DNA of 64,000 nucleotides. Source: Macrostomum lignano (lineage: Eukaryota). The stretch spans positions 372,001-436,000 of the forward strand of contig NIVC01000255.1 of the NCBI GenBank assembly GCA_002269645.1, read 5' to 3'. Both the position numbers and the translations under genes were made by a program. How positions within the stretch are numbered: position 1 is the first letter of the stretch; each line of letters starts with the position of its first letter. Of this stretch, positions 51,762-64,000 are shown one piece after another. Under the pieces are notes generated by a model. The model did not search any database, had not been told where the DNA came from, and saw only the letters and a list, made by a program, of their open reading frames with translations.

Positions 51762-52772
51762 TCATCTCCGTTTGGGTCTCGACCGCCAAAGCCACCAGAA
51801 ACCGGGCAGACGACCGCTTCTAAACAGCAACTGCAACAGCAGAGGCCACAGCACCACCAAAGCAATAGTTGCAGGAGACACATTACCAAATACCGCTTGC
51901 CAAACGCTGCTACTGCTACTTCTATTAGTAGTAACTTCTAATCCATCCAATCTAGTATGGACTCGATCTAAATCGGCTTGGAGTTGGGCGAGACTATCGC
52001 GAATTAGTCGGGTCTGACGCAGGGCTTCGGTTAGCTGAGCAGTGGAAGTCTGCTTTGGAGGCGGTTGCTGCTGTTGCTGCTTCAAGGAGGAAGGATTCTG
52101 CATAGGAGACTGCAACGTAGCGGAAGTTGTAGCAGCAGCAGCGGCAGCACCAACTAGACTGTCCACGGGTCCTCCAGGCGCAGCAGCCGACGGTCTGTCC
52201 AGACTGTCACAGAACTCCTCACCTTCATCGGCTTCGCTTCGTTCTTCAACTCCGCCACCGCTGACGCCATTCGGCAGCAAAGCAGCAGCACCGCTGTTGT
52301 CTTCATCATTGTCCTCTGAAGACAGTTCCGAAGGTGAGGATTCCTCCACCTCAATCGGTTCATCGATGGCAAAAGTGGCTACAGGGGCGGCGGCACTTTC
52401 AGCAGCCTCATGCTGCCCCTCCTCCCCGCCGCGATCATACACAACCTCATAGAAGCTGCCTAGAGTTCCCAAGAATTTCTCCACATCCGGCGTGTGAGGC
52501 ATTGTCTCGATTACTTTTTTCAATTCTTCAACGTATTCGAGCATGGCCGTCTCCTGCTGCATGTCGCCCAAGGAGTTCCATGCGTCCCACTTGTAACGAC
52601 TGACCGGATCCCAGAAGCCGGGCCGAGGCTGCCTGCACGGACCCTCAGTCGCCTGTTTATATAAAGAATACAGTCTTAATAACAGTTCGTTTGACGGCTT
52701 GAAGGCGCCCTCCTTTGGCAGGCTGCGAATGACGCCAACTGCTGCATCGAACTTCTCTTTGGGTGTGCCCAT
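51762..52772 (-). CDS. ACBD5: Acyl-CoA-binding domain tail-anchored protein (ACBD4/5 family), intronless, 336 aa
   Basis: ACB domain (FDAAVGVIRSLPKEG..LYSLYKQATEGPC..KWDAWNSLG), acidic FFAT-like EEFCDSLD, coiled coil, C-terminal TM (IALVVLWPLLLQLLF) and basic tail RSRPKRR. Confidence 0.88.
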   Translation of the reverse strand: MGTPKEKFDAAVGVIRSLPKEGAFKPSNELLLRLYSLYKQATEGPCRQPRPGFWDPVSRYKWDAWNSLGDMQQETAMLEYVEELKKVIETMPHTPDVEKFLGTLGSFYEVVYDRGGEEGQHEAAESAAAPVATFAIDEPIEVEESSPSELSSEDNDEDNSGAAALLPNGVSGGGVEERSEADEGEEFCDSLDRPSAAAPGGPVDSLVGAAAAAATTSATLQSPMQNPSSLKQQQQQPPPKQTSTAQLTEALRQTRLIRDSLAQLQADLDRVHTRLDGLEVTTNRSSSSSVWQAVFGNVSPATIALVVLWPLLLQLLFRSGRLPGFWWLWRSRPKRR

Positions 52773-53419
52773 TGTCAGGGACTGCGTGAGGCATGCATAC
52801 AGATGATGGTTTGCACATATTGCGTGCCAGATCCTGAGGATTTGGGAGATTAAGGTGATAATCCTGAGGATCTGGGAGATTTAGGTTGATAATCCTGAGG
52901 ATCTGAGAGATTGGAATTGATAATCCTGAGGATCTGGGAGATTCTGGGAGAATCCTGAATACTTCAGTATCTAAAAAGACCAGTATTTTAACAGGGGTAA
53001 TTTAAGACTCGAATAAAATGGTAAACCTGTTAGAAAAGAATTTAAACAAACCCAAAATGTTCATCAATAGTCAATAAATCAATCAATGCACTGATACCCC
53101 ATGTACGTATATTTAGGCTTGTGAATATAAAAAGCGAATAATAGAGACCTAGAACATAATTAAACAAAATAATTGCAAAAATTAGTTTCATTGCAAACTC
53201 AAAGTTATTTATTTAGATACCCGGTAATGACGAAGCTACTAATAGTATTAATAGTGAATTCAGTTTATAAAACTAAAAAATCGTAAAAAAACTTCGAAAT
53301 TGGTACACTTAGTAGTAGAAAAAAATAAAAGTTAGGTCAGTAGTAAAGTTCGTTAGTAGTAAGTACAAGGAGTTACGATTTTGGGAATATAATGACTGAG
53401 AAACTAGGCTTAGAATGAC

Positions 53420-54885
53420 AAAGGATCTGGGAAGACTATCTGCTGATCTGGGAAAAATATCTGGTGATCTGGGAAGACTATCTGAGGATCTGGGAAGAAT
53501 ATCTGCTGATCTGGAAAGAATATCTGGTGATCTGGGAAGACTATCTGGGGATCTGGGAAGAATATCTGGTGATCTGGGAAGACTATCTGGGGATCTGGGA
53601 AGAATATCTGGTGATCTGGGAAGAATATCTGGTGATCTGGGAAGAATATCTGGTGATCTGGGAAGAATATCTGCTGATCTGGGAAGAATATCTGGGAAGA
53701 ATATCTGGGGATCTGGGAAGAATATCTGGTGATCTGGGAAGAATATCTGGTGATCTGGGAAGACTATCTGGGGATCTGGGAAGAATATCTGGTGATCTGG
53801 GAAGAATATCTGGTGATCTGGGAAGACTATCTGGGGATCTGGGAAGAATATCTGGTGATCTGGGAAGACTATCTGGGGATCTGGGAAGAATATCTGGTGA
53901 TCTGGGAAGACTATCTGGGGATCTGGGAAGAATATCTGGTGATCTGGGAAGAATATCTGGGGATCTGGAAAGAATATCTGGTGATTGGTGATCTGGGAAG
54001 AATATCTGAGGATCTGGGAAGAATATCTGAGGATCTGGGAAGAATATCTGGTGATCTGGGAAGACTATCTGAGGATCTGGAAAGAATATCTGGTGATCTG
54101 GAAAGAATATCTGGTGATTGGTGATCTGGGAAGAATATCTGAGGATCTGGGAAGAATATCTGGTGATCTGGGAAGACTATCTGGTGATCTGGAAAGAATA
54201 TCTGGTGATCTGGGAAGACTATCTGGGGATCTGGGAAGACTATCTGGTGATCTGGGAAGACTATCTGAGGATCTGGGAAGAATATCTGCTGATCTGGAAA
54301 GAATGTCTGAGGATCTGGGAAGAATGTCTGAGGATCTGGGAAGAATGTCTGAGGATCTGGGAAGAATGTCTGAGGATCTGGGAAGAATGTCTGAGGATCT
54401 GGGAAGACTATCCGATGATCTGGGAAGAATATCTGAGGATCTGGGAATAATATCTGCTGATCTGGGAAGAATGTCTGAGGATCTGGGAAGACTATCCGAT
54501 GATCTGGGAAGAATGTCTGAGGATCTGGGAAGAATGTCTGAGGATCTGGGAAGAATATCTGAGGATCTGGGAAGAATGTCTGAGGATCTGGGAAGACTAT
54601 CTGAGGATCTGGGAAGACTATCCGATGATCTGGGAAGAATATCTGAGGATCTGGGAAGACTATCCGATGATCTGGGAAGAATATCTGAGGATCTGGGAAG
54701 ACTATCCGATGATCTGGGAAGAATATCTGAGGATCTGGGAAGACTATCCGATGATCTGGGAAGAATATCTGAGGATCTGGGAAGACTATCCGATGATCTG
54801 GGAAGAATATCTGAGGATCTGGGAAGACTATCCGATGATCTGGGAAGAATGTCTGAGGATCTGGGAAGAATATCTGAGGATTTGA
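53420..54885. repeat. Intergenic 21-bp minisatellite gatctgggaagaatatctggt
   Basis: Tandem copies visible. Confidence 0.97.
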
Positions 54886-54997
54886 AACGACAATTTTCAA
54901 CAAAGTTTCGAGACTATAAGCTCCTCACACATGAAAAAATGGCTCAATATAATTAATAAAAATGTCCAATCAATATCAATGAAGATTCATCAATCGT

Positions 54998-57900
54998 TCA
55001 GCTTGAGTTGAGCAGATTCCTGAGTGCTTCATCATTGGATCCCTGTAGCGGCTGACGAGCTCCTGAGCTGGCAGCACAGCGGCTGGTTGCAGCCACACTG
55101 ATAGGATACTGAGGCAGGATCAGCGAGATGAACAGGGTGCTGCAGCCTTTGTAAACCAGCACCACGCGACCTTGCGATCTGTTGAACCGGATTAATGCGA
55201 ATTTTTTTCAAGTCTGACCAGCTTTAACATTAAACACCCGAAAGGATTTGATAGTTGGCCATCTGCACCACTCTATTAGAGCTGTTTTTTTCCTAAGCAA
55301 TCACACTGATTTTCATAGCATTCACTCTCAGCACCCCCCTAGTCACTCTTAGCCCTCCCCCTCCGATTCACTCTCACCCCCTTATTCACTCTCACCCCCT
55401 ATTCACTCTCAGCCCCCCTATTCACTCTCAGCCCCCTTATTCACTCTCACCTCCTATTCACTCTCAGCCCCCCTATTTACTCTTAGCTCCCCCCGATTCA
55501 CTCTCAGCCTCCCCATATTCATTCTCAGCCTCCCCCTATTCACTCTCACCCTAGCCCAAATCACTCTCACCCTAGCCCAAATCACTCTCACCCTAGCCCA
55601 ATTCACTCTCACCCTAGCCCAAATCACTCTCACCCTAGCCCAATTCACTCTCACCCTACCCTTATTCACTCTCCCGGCTCTCACTCACTTAGGGAAGGCG
55701 GGCAAGTTGCCATTGCCCAGCAGGAATTTCACAAGGGCCAGTGGCTGATCTCTTTTAGCGCTATTTGCGTCGCTAAGAACTTGGGCGTGACGCAGCCGCA
55801 CGTGATGCAAGAACTCTTGAAGGTGAAACGAGCTGTAGCCTCCTGTAGCGCCATAACAAAGGAGGCAGGTGAGTTTGCAGTGAAAATTACTATGAGATTT
55901 AATAGTGTGCTTCACGCATCCTTCGATTGTTTTCTTGAACGGCTTGGCTGTCGGATTGTGCGGGCACAGGGCGCAGCGAAAGTGGCGCAATTGGCGAATC
56001 TAAAAATTAGGATGGATTATAAAATATTTATATTGAGACGGGATATAGGATCTGGGGTTTAGAAGCGAAATCTAGAAGCGATTTAGAAGCTTTTTAGAAA
56101 ACATTAGAAGCGATTTATGACACAGATCAATCTAAGACATAGGATCTAGGATCTGGGATCTAGGATCTGGGATCTAGGATCTGGGATCTGGGATCTAGGA
56201 TCTGGGATCTAGGATCTGGGATCTGGGATCGAGGATCTGGGATCTAGGATCTGGGATCTAGGATCTGGGATCTAGGATCTAGGATCTGGGATCTAGGATC
56301 TGGGATCTAGGATCTGGGATCTAGGATCTGGGATCTAGGATCTGGGATCTAGGATCTGGGATCTAGGATCTGGGATCTAGGATCTGGGATCTAGGATCTG
56401 GGATCTAGGATCTGGGATCTAGGATCTGGGATCTAGGATCTGGGATCTAGGATCTGGGATCTAGGATCTGGGATCTAGGATCTGGGATCTGGGATCTGGG
56501 ATCTAGGATCTGGGATCTAGGATCTGGGATCTAGGATCTGGGATCTAGGATCTGGGATCTAGGATCTGGGATCTAGGATCTGGGATCTAGGATCTGGGAT
56601 CTGGGATCTGGGATCTAGGATCTGGGATCTAGGATCTGGGATCTAGGATCTGGGATCTAGGATCTGGGATCTAGGATCTGGGATCTAGGATCTGGGATCT
56701 AGGATCTGGGATCTAGGATCTGGGATCTAGGATCTGGGATCTAGGATCTGGGATCTAGGATCTGGGATCTAGGATCTGGGATCTAGGATCTGGGATCTAG
56801 GATCTGGGATCTAGGATCTGGGATCTAGGATCTGGGATCTAGGATCTGGGATCTAGGATCTGGGATCTAGGATCTGGGATCTAGGATCTGGGATCTAGGA
56901 TCTGGGATCTAGGATCTGGGATCTAGGATCTGGGATCTAGGATCTGGGATCTAGGATCTGGGATCTAGGATCTGGGATCTAGGATCTGGGATCTAGGATC
57001 TGGGATCTAGGATCTGGGATCTAGGATCTGGGATCTGGGATCTGGGATCTAGGACCGAGGATCTGGGACCTGGGATCTGGGATCTACGAGTAGAATCTGG
57101 AATCTAGGATCTAGGATCTGGGATCTGGGATCTAGTATCGAGGATTTGGGATCTTATGATCTAGGATCTGAGATCTTAGGATCTAGGATCTGAGATCTGG
57201 GATCTAGAATCTGAGATCTGGGATCTAGGATCTGAGATCTGGGATCTAGGATCTGAGATCTGGGATCTAGGATCTGAGATCTAGGATCTCACTCACCTGC
57301 ATAGTAACCGGCACAATGCAGAGGTCATTTCGCGAAGAGCAGCACAACTGCTCCAAACAGTCAATAGATGGAGTCTCCTTCAGCTTATCGCAAGAGCGGC
57401 AGACAAACACGAACACGTTAGCTAGATGAGTGGCAGCCGTCGGATGCAAAATTAATGACTCAGCCGGGGCCAGCGCCTTTATGGAGATGCTGGACATCGG
57501 CAAGATGCTACCCAGCTGGTGCAGAGAGTAGATTCGGTTGAGCAGATAGGTGACACTGTCTGGACTGGCGGGAACGACTTTGAATGCTAGGCTGGACGCG
57601 CAGATGGTCACCGATGCGGCACTGTTCACATCAGTGCACGGCGGGTGGGTGCTCATCACGTGATTCAATTGTCTGCGGATTGGTTGACGGTTCACTCACG
57701 GTTTGCAGTCTTTGAATAAATATTTATAACAAATTGGAAGTGTGGGTACTCTTAGCTGCATTTATGGCTGGGGATCTCAGATTCGGAACTTGGGATTAGA
57801 ATTATGGATTTGGAATTCGGGATTCGTATAGGGGATCTCAAATTTGGGATTCGAATAGGGGATCTGGGGTTTTGAATTCGAATATGGGGATCTGAGATTT

Positions 57901-60900
57901 GGGATTCGAATAGGTGGATCTGAGATTTCAAATTTAGATAAGGGATCTGGGATTTCGGATTCGAATAGGAGATCTGGGATTTCGGATTCGAATAGGAGAT
58001 CTGGGATTTCGGATTCGAATAGGAGATCTGGGATTTGCGATTCGAATAAGAGGAACTGAAATTTGCGATTCGAAAAGGGGATCTGAGATATATTTGTGAT
58101 TTGAAAAGGGGGATCTGAGATTTGGGATTTGAATAAGAGGATCTGAGCGATTTGAAAAAGGGGATCTGAGATTTGGGATTCTAATAAGGGGATCTGAGCG
58201 ATTTGAAAAAGGGGATCTGGGATTTGCAATTCGAGGCTTGGGGATTTAAGGTGGGGATCTGAGATTTTAAAATAGGATCTGGGTTTAAATTAGAAATGTG
58301 GAATGGAATTCAAGAGTCTGGGTAACTTTTTGGGATGGGATATGATACTACCAAATAATCAGTGAAGTTAAAACAGCAACAAACCTAATAAAGACACTAA
58401 GAGGGCTCATCTGATCAGTGGCCTGCAGAGGCAGCCGGGACATGCCGGAACAGCCTTGGAACGAACATTTAATCGAAATAAACTTAGGAAGGCAGTACTT
58501 AGCGCAGAATTTCAGTTGATCAATAGTCAGATATTCTCGGTTATTTCTCAAGAAACTGTATTTGCCAGTCTCGGAGCGCAGAATCGGTATAGGCAGTAGC
58601 AGGTGCAGCCTGTCACTGGACTGCCAGTGATCAGCCGCCTGCTCAATCGAGTTAGCCAGTTCGCAGCAATCCAAACAGAAATAGACGGCATCAACTACTA
58701 GGGCTGGCTGGTCTGCAATCAGGACTAATCGAATTTTATCAGCAAATATCCTGCGATGCGAGTTGAGCTCCGGTTCGATTGGCTCAGCTTGAGAAACAAC
58801 CCGCGACTCGTCAGTTGTTGTTGAGTGCTCAGTTTTGACAGCCATGGGATAAGATATGAATGAGCTCAGGTTGAAGTGAGTATCACGCCTGTCTGGAAAG
58901 CACATCACAATGTCATCTTCGGTGTCTTCATATTCGGCTTGCTGCACCACCGGCTGCTCCGGTTCGCTTGCGTCTTCCCCGCTATTGACGTACATCGTGC
59001 CTTCAAGTTCCTCATCATCTTGATCATCTTCGCCATCATCGTCCATTTGTTGATTGTCCTCAACAGATTCGCTATGCTGCTGTTGAGGAGATAAGGCCAA
59101 AGTGTCGCTACGCCAAGCAATAAAGTCTGACGGCAGTGAGAGATAATTAACCTGGACTGTGGCTGACTGCCGATTGCCAAGTCTGAGGCACTGTACAGGA
59201 AGGGGAGAATTATTAATTCATTTTTGTAGATCTCCAGCATTATCACAGTAGTTTATTTTATATCAATCCCCGATTACGAATACTGATCCCAGATCACAAA
59301 TCTTGACCCCATATCCAAAATCTTGATCCCAGATCCCGAATTTTGACCCCACGTCCCGAATATTGATCCCAGATCCCGAATTTTCATCCCACGTCCCGAA
59401 TATAGATCCCAAATCCCGAATTTTGATACTTAATCCAAAATCTCAGATTTTGATCCCATATCACAAATCTTAATCCCAGACTCCAAAACTTGATCCCAGG
59501 CTCCGAATATTGATCCCAGAATTCCGAATTTTGATCCCACGTCCCTAATATTGATCCCAGATCCCGAATCTTGATCCCAGATCCCGAATCTTGATCATAG
59601 ATCCCGAATCTTGATCCCGTATCAAAAATCTTAATCTCAGACCCCGAATCTTGATTCAGATTTCGAATCTTGATACCAGATCTCGAATCTTGGTCCCGTA
59701 TCACAAATCTTGATCCCAGACCACGAATCTTGATCCCAGATCTCGAATCTTGGTCCCAGACCCCGAATCTTGATCCCAGATTTCGAATCTTGATCCCGTA
59801 TCACAAATCTTGATCCCAGACCACGAATCTTGATCCCGTATCAAAAATCTTGATCCCAGACCCCGAATCTTGATCCCAGATCCCGAATCATGATCTTAGA
59901 TCCCGAATCTTGATCAAAGATCCCAAATCTTGATTCCAAATCCCAAATTTTGATCCCAGATCCCGAATCTTGATCCCGTATCACAAATGTTGATCCCAGA
60001 TCCCGAATCTTGATCCCAGATCTTGAATCTTGATCCCAGACCACCGAATCTTGATTCAGATTCCGAATATTGATCCCAGATCCCGAAACTTGATCCCGTA
60101 TCAAAAATCTTGATCCCAGACCCCGAATCTTGATCCCAGATCCCGAATCATGATCTTAGATACCGAATCTTGATCTCAGACCCCCGAATCTTGATTCAGA
60201 TTCCGAATATTGATCCCAGATCCCGAATCTTGATCCCGTATCAAAAATCTTGATCTCAGACCCCGAATCTTGATTCAGATTCCGAATATTGATCCCAGAT
60301 CCCGAATCTTGATCCCGTATCAAAAATCTTGATCTCAGACCCCGAATCTTGATTCAGATTCCGAATATTGATCCCAGATCCCGAATCTTGATCCCGTATC
60401 AAAAATCTTGATCCCAGACCCCGAATCTTGATCCCAGATCCCGAATCATGATCTTAGATCCCGAATCTTGATCCCAGACCCCCGAATCTTGATCCCAGAC
60501 CCCCGAATCTTGATTCAGATTCCGAATATTGATCCCAGATCCCGAATCTTGATCCCGTATCAAAAATCTTGATCCCAGATCCCGAATCATGATCTTAGAT
60601 CCCGAATCTTGATCCCAGACCCCCGAATCTTGATTCAGATTCCGAATATTGATCCCAGATCCCGAATCTTGATCCCGTATCAAAAATCTTGATCCCAGAC
60701 CCCGAATCTTGATCCCAGATCCCGAATCATGATCTTAGATCCCGAATCTTGATCCCAGACCCCCGAATCATGATCTTAGATCCCGAATCTTGATCCCAGA
60801 TCCCGAATCTTGATCCCGTATCACAAATCTTGATCCCAGACCCCGAATCTTGATCCCAGATCCCGAATCATGATCTTAGATACCGAATCTTGATCTCAGA

Positions 60901-63900
60901 CCCCCGAATCTTGATTCAGATTCCGAATATTGATCCCAGATCCCGAATCTTGATCCCGTATCAAAAATCTTGATCTCAGACCCCGAATCTTGATTCAGAT
61001 TCCGAATATTGATCCCAGATCCCGAATCTTGATCCCGTATCAAAAATCTTGATCCCAGACCCCGAATCTTGATCCCAGATCCCGAATCATGATCTTAGAT
61101 CCCGAATCTTGATCCCAGACCCCCGAATCTTGATTCAGATTCCGAATATTGATCCCAGATCCCGAATCTTGATCCCGTATCACAAATCTTGATCCCAGAT
61201 CCCGAATCTTGATCCCAGATCCCGAATCTTGATCCCAGACCCCCGAATCTTGATTCAGATTCCGAATATTGATCCCAGATCCCGAATCTTGATCCCGTAT
61301 CAAAAATCTTGATCCCAGACCCCGAATCTTGATCCCAGATCCCGAATCATGATCTTAGATCCCAGAACTCAACACATCACACAAACCTCAAAATTGATCA
61401 ATCAGATACGCAAGCTCACCGATTGAAAGTCCAACTGCCTCAGCGACTCGAACTGTGCATTGGCAGTCAAATACACGAACTGCATTTGCCTGAGGACCTG
61501 ATTAAACTCCAGTTCTAGCGTGCCATTGGCTGTCAGTCGATGCTCTTCTTGGCACGCAGGCGAGTTTGTCTCCTCCGAGGTGAATTCTTCTTCAACTGAA
61601 AAATCCGACGAACTCCGGCTAGCACTACTCGAGCTTGGGCAGTGCCTCTTATCTGGCAGCTCCGGATGAGCAGCACTGCCGCTAGGCCGCTTCAAACTTT
61701 TTGCACACCTTTTGGAAGTCAAGTTCGATTGCTGTCGAGGCTGAGTGTTGTCTGATACTGGCTCCATCGGTTCGATTCCCGGCCTGACTAAAGTGCCGCT
61801 GCAATCATTTAATCTTGACGCAGTGGATGGCGCCGTAGCCGCAGCAGATGGCGCCGTCGCAGATAGCGCCGTAGCGGATGGCGCCGAAACAAATGACGCC
61901 GTAGCAGATGGCGCCTTAGCTGCAGCAGGTGGCGCCGTAGCAGATGGCGCCTTAGCTACAGCAGATGGCGCCGTAGCATATGGCGCCTTATGTGCAGCAG
62001 ATGGCGTCGTAACAGAAGGCGCCGAAACAGATGGCGCCTTAGCTGCAGCCGATGGCACCTTAGCTGCAGCAGATGGCGCCGTAGCAGATGGCGCCTTAGC
62101 TGCAGCCGATGGCGCCTTAGCTGCAACAGATGGCGCCTTAGCTGCAACAGATGGCGCCGCAGCAGATGGTGTCGTAACAGAAGGCGCCGTAACAGATGGC
62201 ACCTTAGCTGCAGCAGATGGCGCCACGGCAGATGGCGCCGCAGCAGATATCGCGTTAGCTGCAGCAGATGGCGCCGTAACAGATGGCGCCGCAGCAGATG
62301 GCGCCGTAGCATATGGCGCCTTATGTGCAGCAGATGGCGTCGTAACAGAAGGCGCCGAAACAGATGGCGTCGTAACAGAAGGCGCCGAAACAGATGGCGC
62401 CTTAGCTGCAGCCGATGGCACCTTAGCTGCAGCCGATGGCACCTTAGCTGCAGCAGATGGCGCCGTAGCAGATGGCGCCTTAGCTGCAGCCGATGGCGCC
62501 TTAGCTGCAACAGATGGCGCCTTCGCTGCAACAGATGGCGCCATAACAGATGGCGCCGCAGCAGATGGCGCCGCAGCAGATGGCGCCTTAGCTGCAGCAG
62601 ATGGCGCCACGGCAGATGGCGGCGCAGCAGGTGGCGCCTTAGCTGCAGCAGATGGCGCCGGAGCAGATGGCGCCGGAGCAGATGGCACCGCAGCAGGTGG
62701 CGCCGTAGCAGATGGCGCCGCAGCAGATGGAGCCGCAGCAGATGGCGCCGCAGCAGATGGCGCCTTAGCTGCAGCCGATGGCGCCTTAGCTGCAGCAGAT
62801 GGCGCCACGGCAGATGGCGGCGCAGCAGGTGGCGCCTTAGCTGCAGCAGATGGCGCCGGAGCAGATGGCACCGCAGCAGGTGGCGCCGTAGCAGATGGCG
62901 CCGCAGCAGATGGCGCCGCAGCAGATGGCGCCGTACCACATAGCTTCGTACTACATGGCGTCGTAGCAGATGGCGCCTTAGCTGCAGCAGATGGCGCCGT
63001 AGCAGATGGCGCCTTAGCTGCAGATGGCGCCGTAGCAGATGGCGCCTTAGCTGCAGCCGATGGCGCCTTAGCTGCAGCAGATGGCGCCACGGCAGATGGC
63101 ACCGCAGCAGATGGCGCCGCAGCAGATGGCGCCGTACCACATAGCTTCGTACTACATGGCGTCGTAGCAGATGGCGCCTTAGCTGCAGCAGATGGCGCCT
63201 TAGCTGCAGATGGCGCCGTAGCAGATGGCGCCTTAGCTGCAACAGATGGCGCCGCAGGAGATGGCGCCGCAGCAGATGGCGCCGTAGCAGATGGCGCCGC
63301 AGCAGATAGCGCCGCAGCAGATCGCGCCGTACCAGATGGCGCCGCAGCAGATGGCGTCGTAACAGAAGGCACCGTAACAGAAGGCGCCGTAACAGATGGC
63401 GCCTTAGCTGCAACAGATGGCGCCGCAGGAGATGGCGCCGCAGCAGATGGCGCCGTAGCAGATGGCGCCGCAGCAGATCGCGCCGTACCAGATGGCGCCG
63501 CAGCAGATGGCGTCGTAACAGAAGGCACCGTAACAGAAGGCGCCGTAACAGATGGTGCCTTAGCTTCAGCAGATGGCGCCTTAGCTGCAGCAGATGGCTC
63601 CACGGCAGATGGCGGCGCAGCAGGTGGCGCCTTAGCTGCAGTAGATGGCGCCGCAGCAGATGGCACCGCAGCAGGTGGCGCCGTAACAGATGGCGCCGCA
63701 GCAGATGGCGCCGTAACAGATGGCGCCTTAGCTGCAGCAGATGGCGCCTTAGCTGCAGCAGGTGGCGCCGTAGTAGGTGGCGCCGTAACAGATGGCGCCG
63801 TACCACATAGCTTCGTACTACATTGCGTCGTAGCAGATGGCGCCTTAGCTGCAGCAGGTGGCGCCGTAGCAGATGGCGCCTTAGCTGCAGCAGATGGCGC

Positions 63901-64000
63901 CGCAGCATATGGCGCCGCAGCAGATGGCGCTGCAGCAGATGGCGCCGTACCAGATGGCACCGCAGCAGATGGCGTCGTAACAGAAGGCGCCGTAACAGAT
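54998..64000 (-). CDS. Unnamed gene, 5'-incomplete: Ala/Pro/Ser repeat exon, acidic region, several C2H2-like zinc fingers
   Basis: Phase-consistent exons >64000-61420, 59190-58385, 57672-57297, 55999-55689, 55178-54998. Splicing completes CSFQGC..QLNHVMSTH. Other C/H clusters: CLDC..ADHW, CALC..HTIKSH, CLLC..FLHHVRLRH. Whether the whole repeat tract is exonic is less certain. Confidence 0.7.
55320..55690. repeat. Intronic ~19-21-bp minisatellite attcactctca(g/c)cccc
   Basis: Tandem copies visible. Confidence 0.9.
56140..57290. repeat. Near-perfect 14-bp array (GGATCTA-GGATCTG)n
   Basis: Direct reading. Confidence 0.98.
57770..58340. repeat. Degenerate gggatctgagatttg/gattcgaat repeat
   Basis: Imperfect tandem copies. 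Confidence 0.8.
59280..61370. repeat. 20-bp minisatellite gatcccagatcccgaatctt with higher-order blocks
   Basis: Recurrent order of variant units visible. Confidence 0.95.
61830..64000 (-). repeat. Frame-preserving repeat (15/21-bp units) encoding (A/K)APS(A/V)(A/T)A
   Basis: All unit variants are multiples of 3; the frame stays open to the window end. Confidence 0.9.

Noticed and set aside
61956-63908. LLRRH (minus) and RWRRS (plus) ORFs overlapping the APS repeat
   Set aside because: Alternative frames of the same repeat; only the APS frame continues into unique sequence and an in-phase donor.

Overview
Eukaryotic (animal) genomic DNA. The pattern of short or minisatellite-stuffed GT-AG introns, Ala-rich GC-rich exons and (GACA)n/(GAGAG)n tracts suggests a free-living flatworm such as Macrostomum lignano; this is inference only. 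The first ~11.5 kb is decayed transposons: a Ty3/Gypsy pol with its RT core deleted (-), a divergently oriented intact gag with three CCHC knuckles (+), and a spliced Helitron Rep-like gene with an N-terminal B-box-like finger (-). From 12 kb to the end are seven protein genes, all on the minus strand, reconstructed by hand with phase-consistent exons. They are CCDC175-like (14 exons), an intronless secreted C-type-lectin/repeat/LamG-like protein, CPLANE2/RSG1, FOCAD-like (8 exons), DYNLT1, ACBD4/5-like, and an unnamed Ala/Pro/Ser-repeat plus zinc-finger gene that runs off the right edge. Most long ORFs in the supplied track are artefacts of about 30 different minisatellite arrays filling introns and intergenic spacers. 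The best leads are a candidate SL-trans-spliced operon, MITE-seeded intronic minisatellites, a SINE>hAT>satellite nest with a perfect 8-bp TSD, the B-box Helitron, and two unusual protein architectures.
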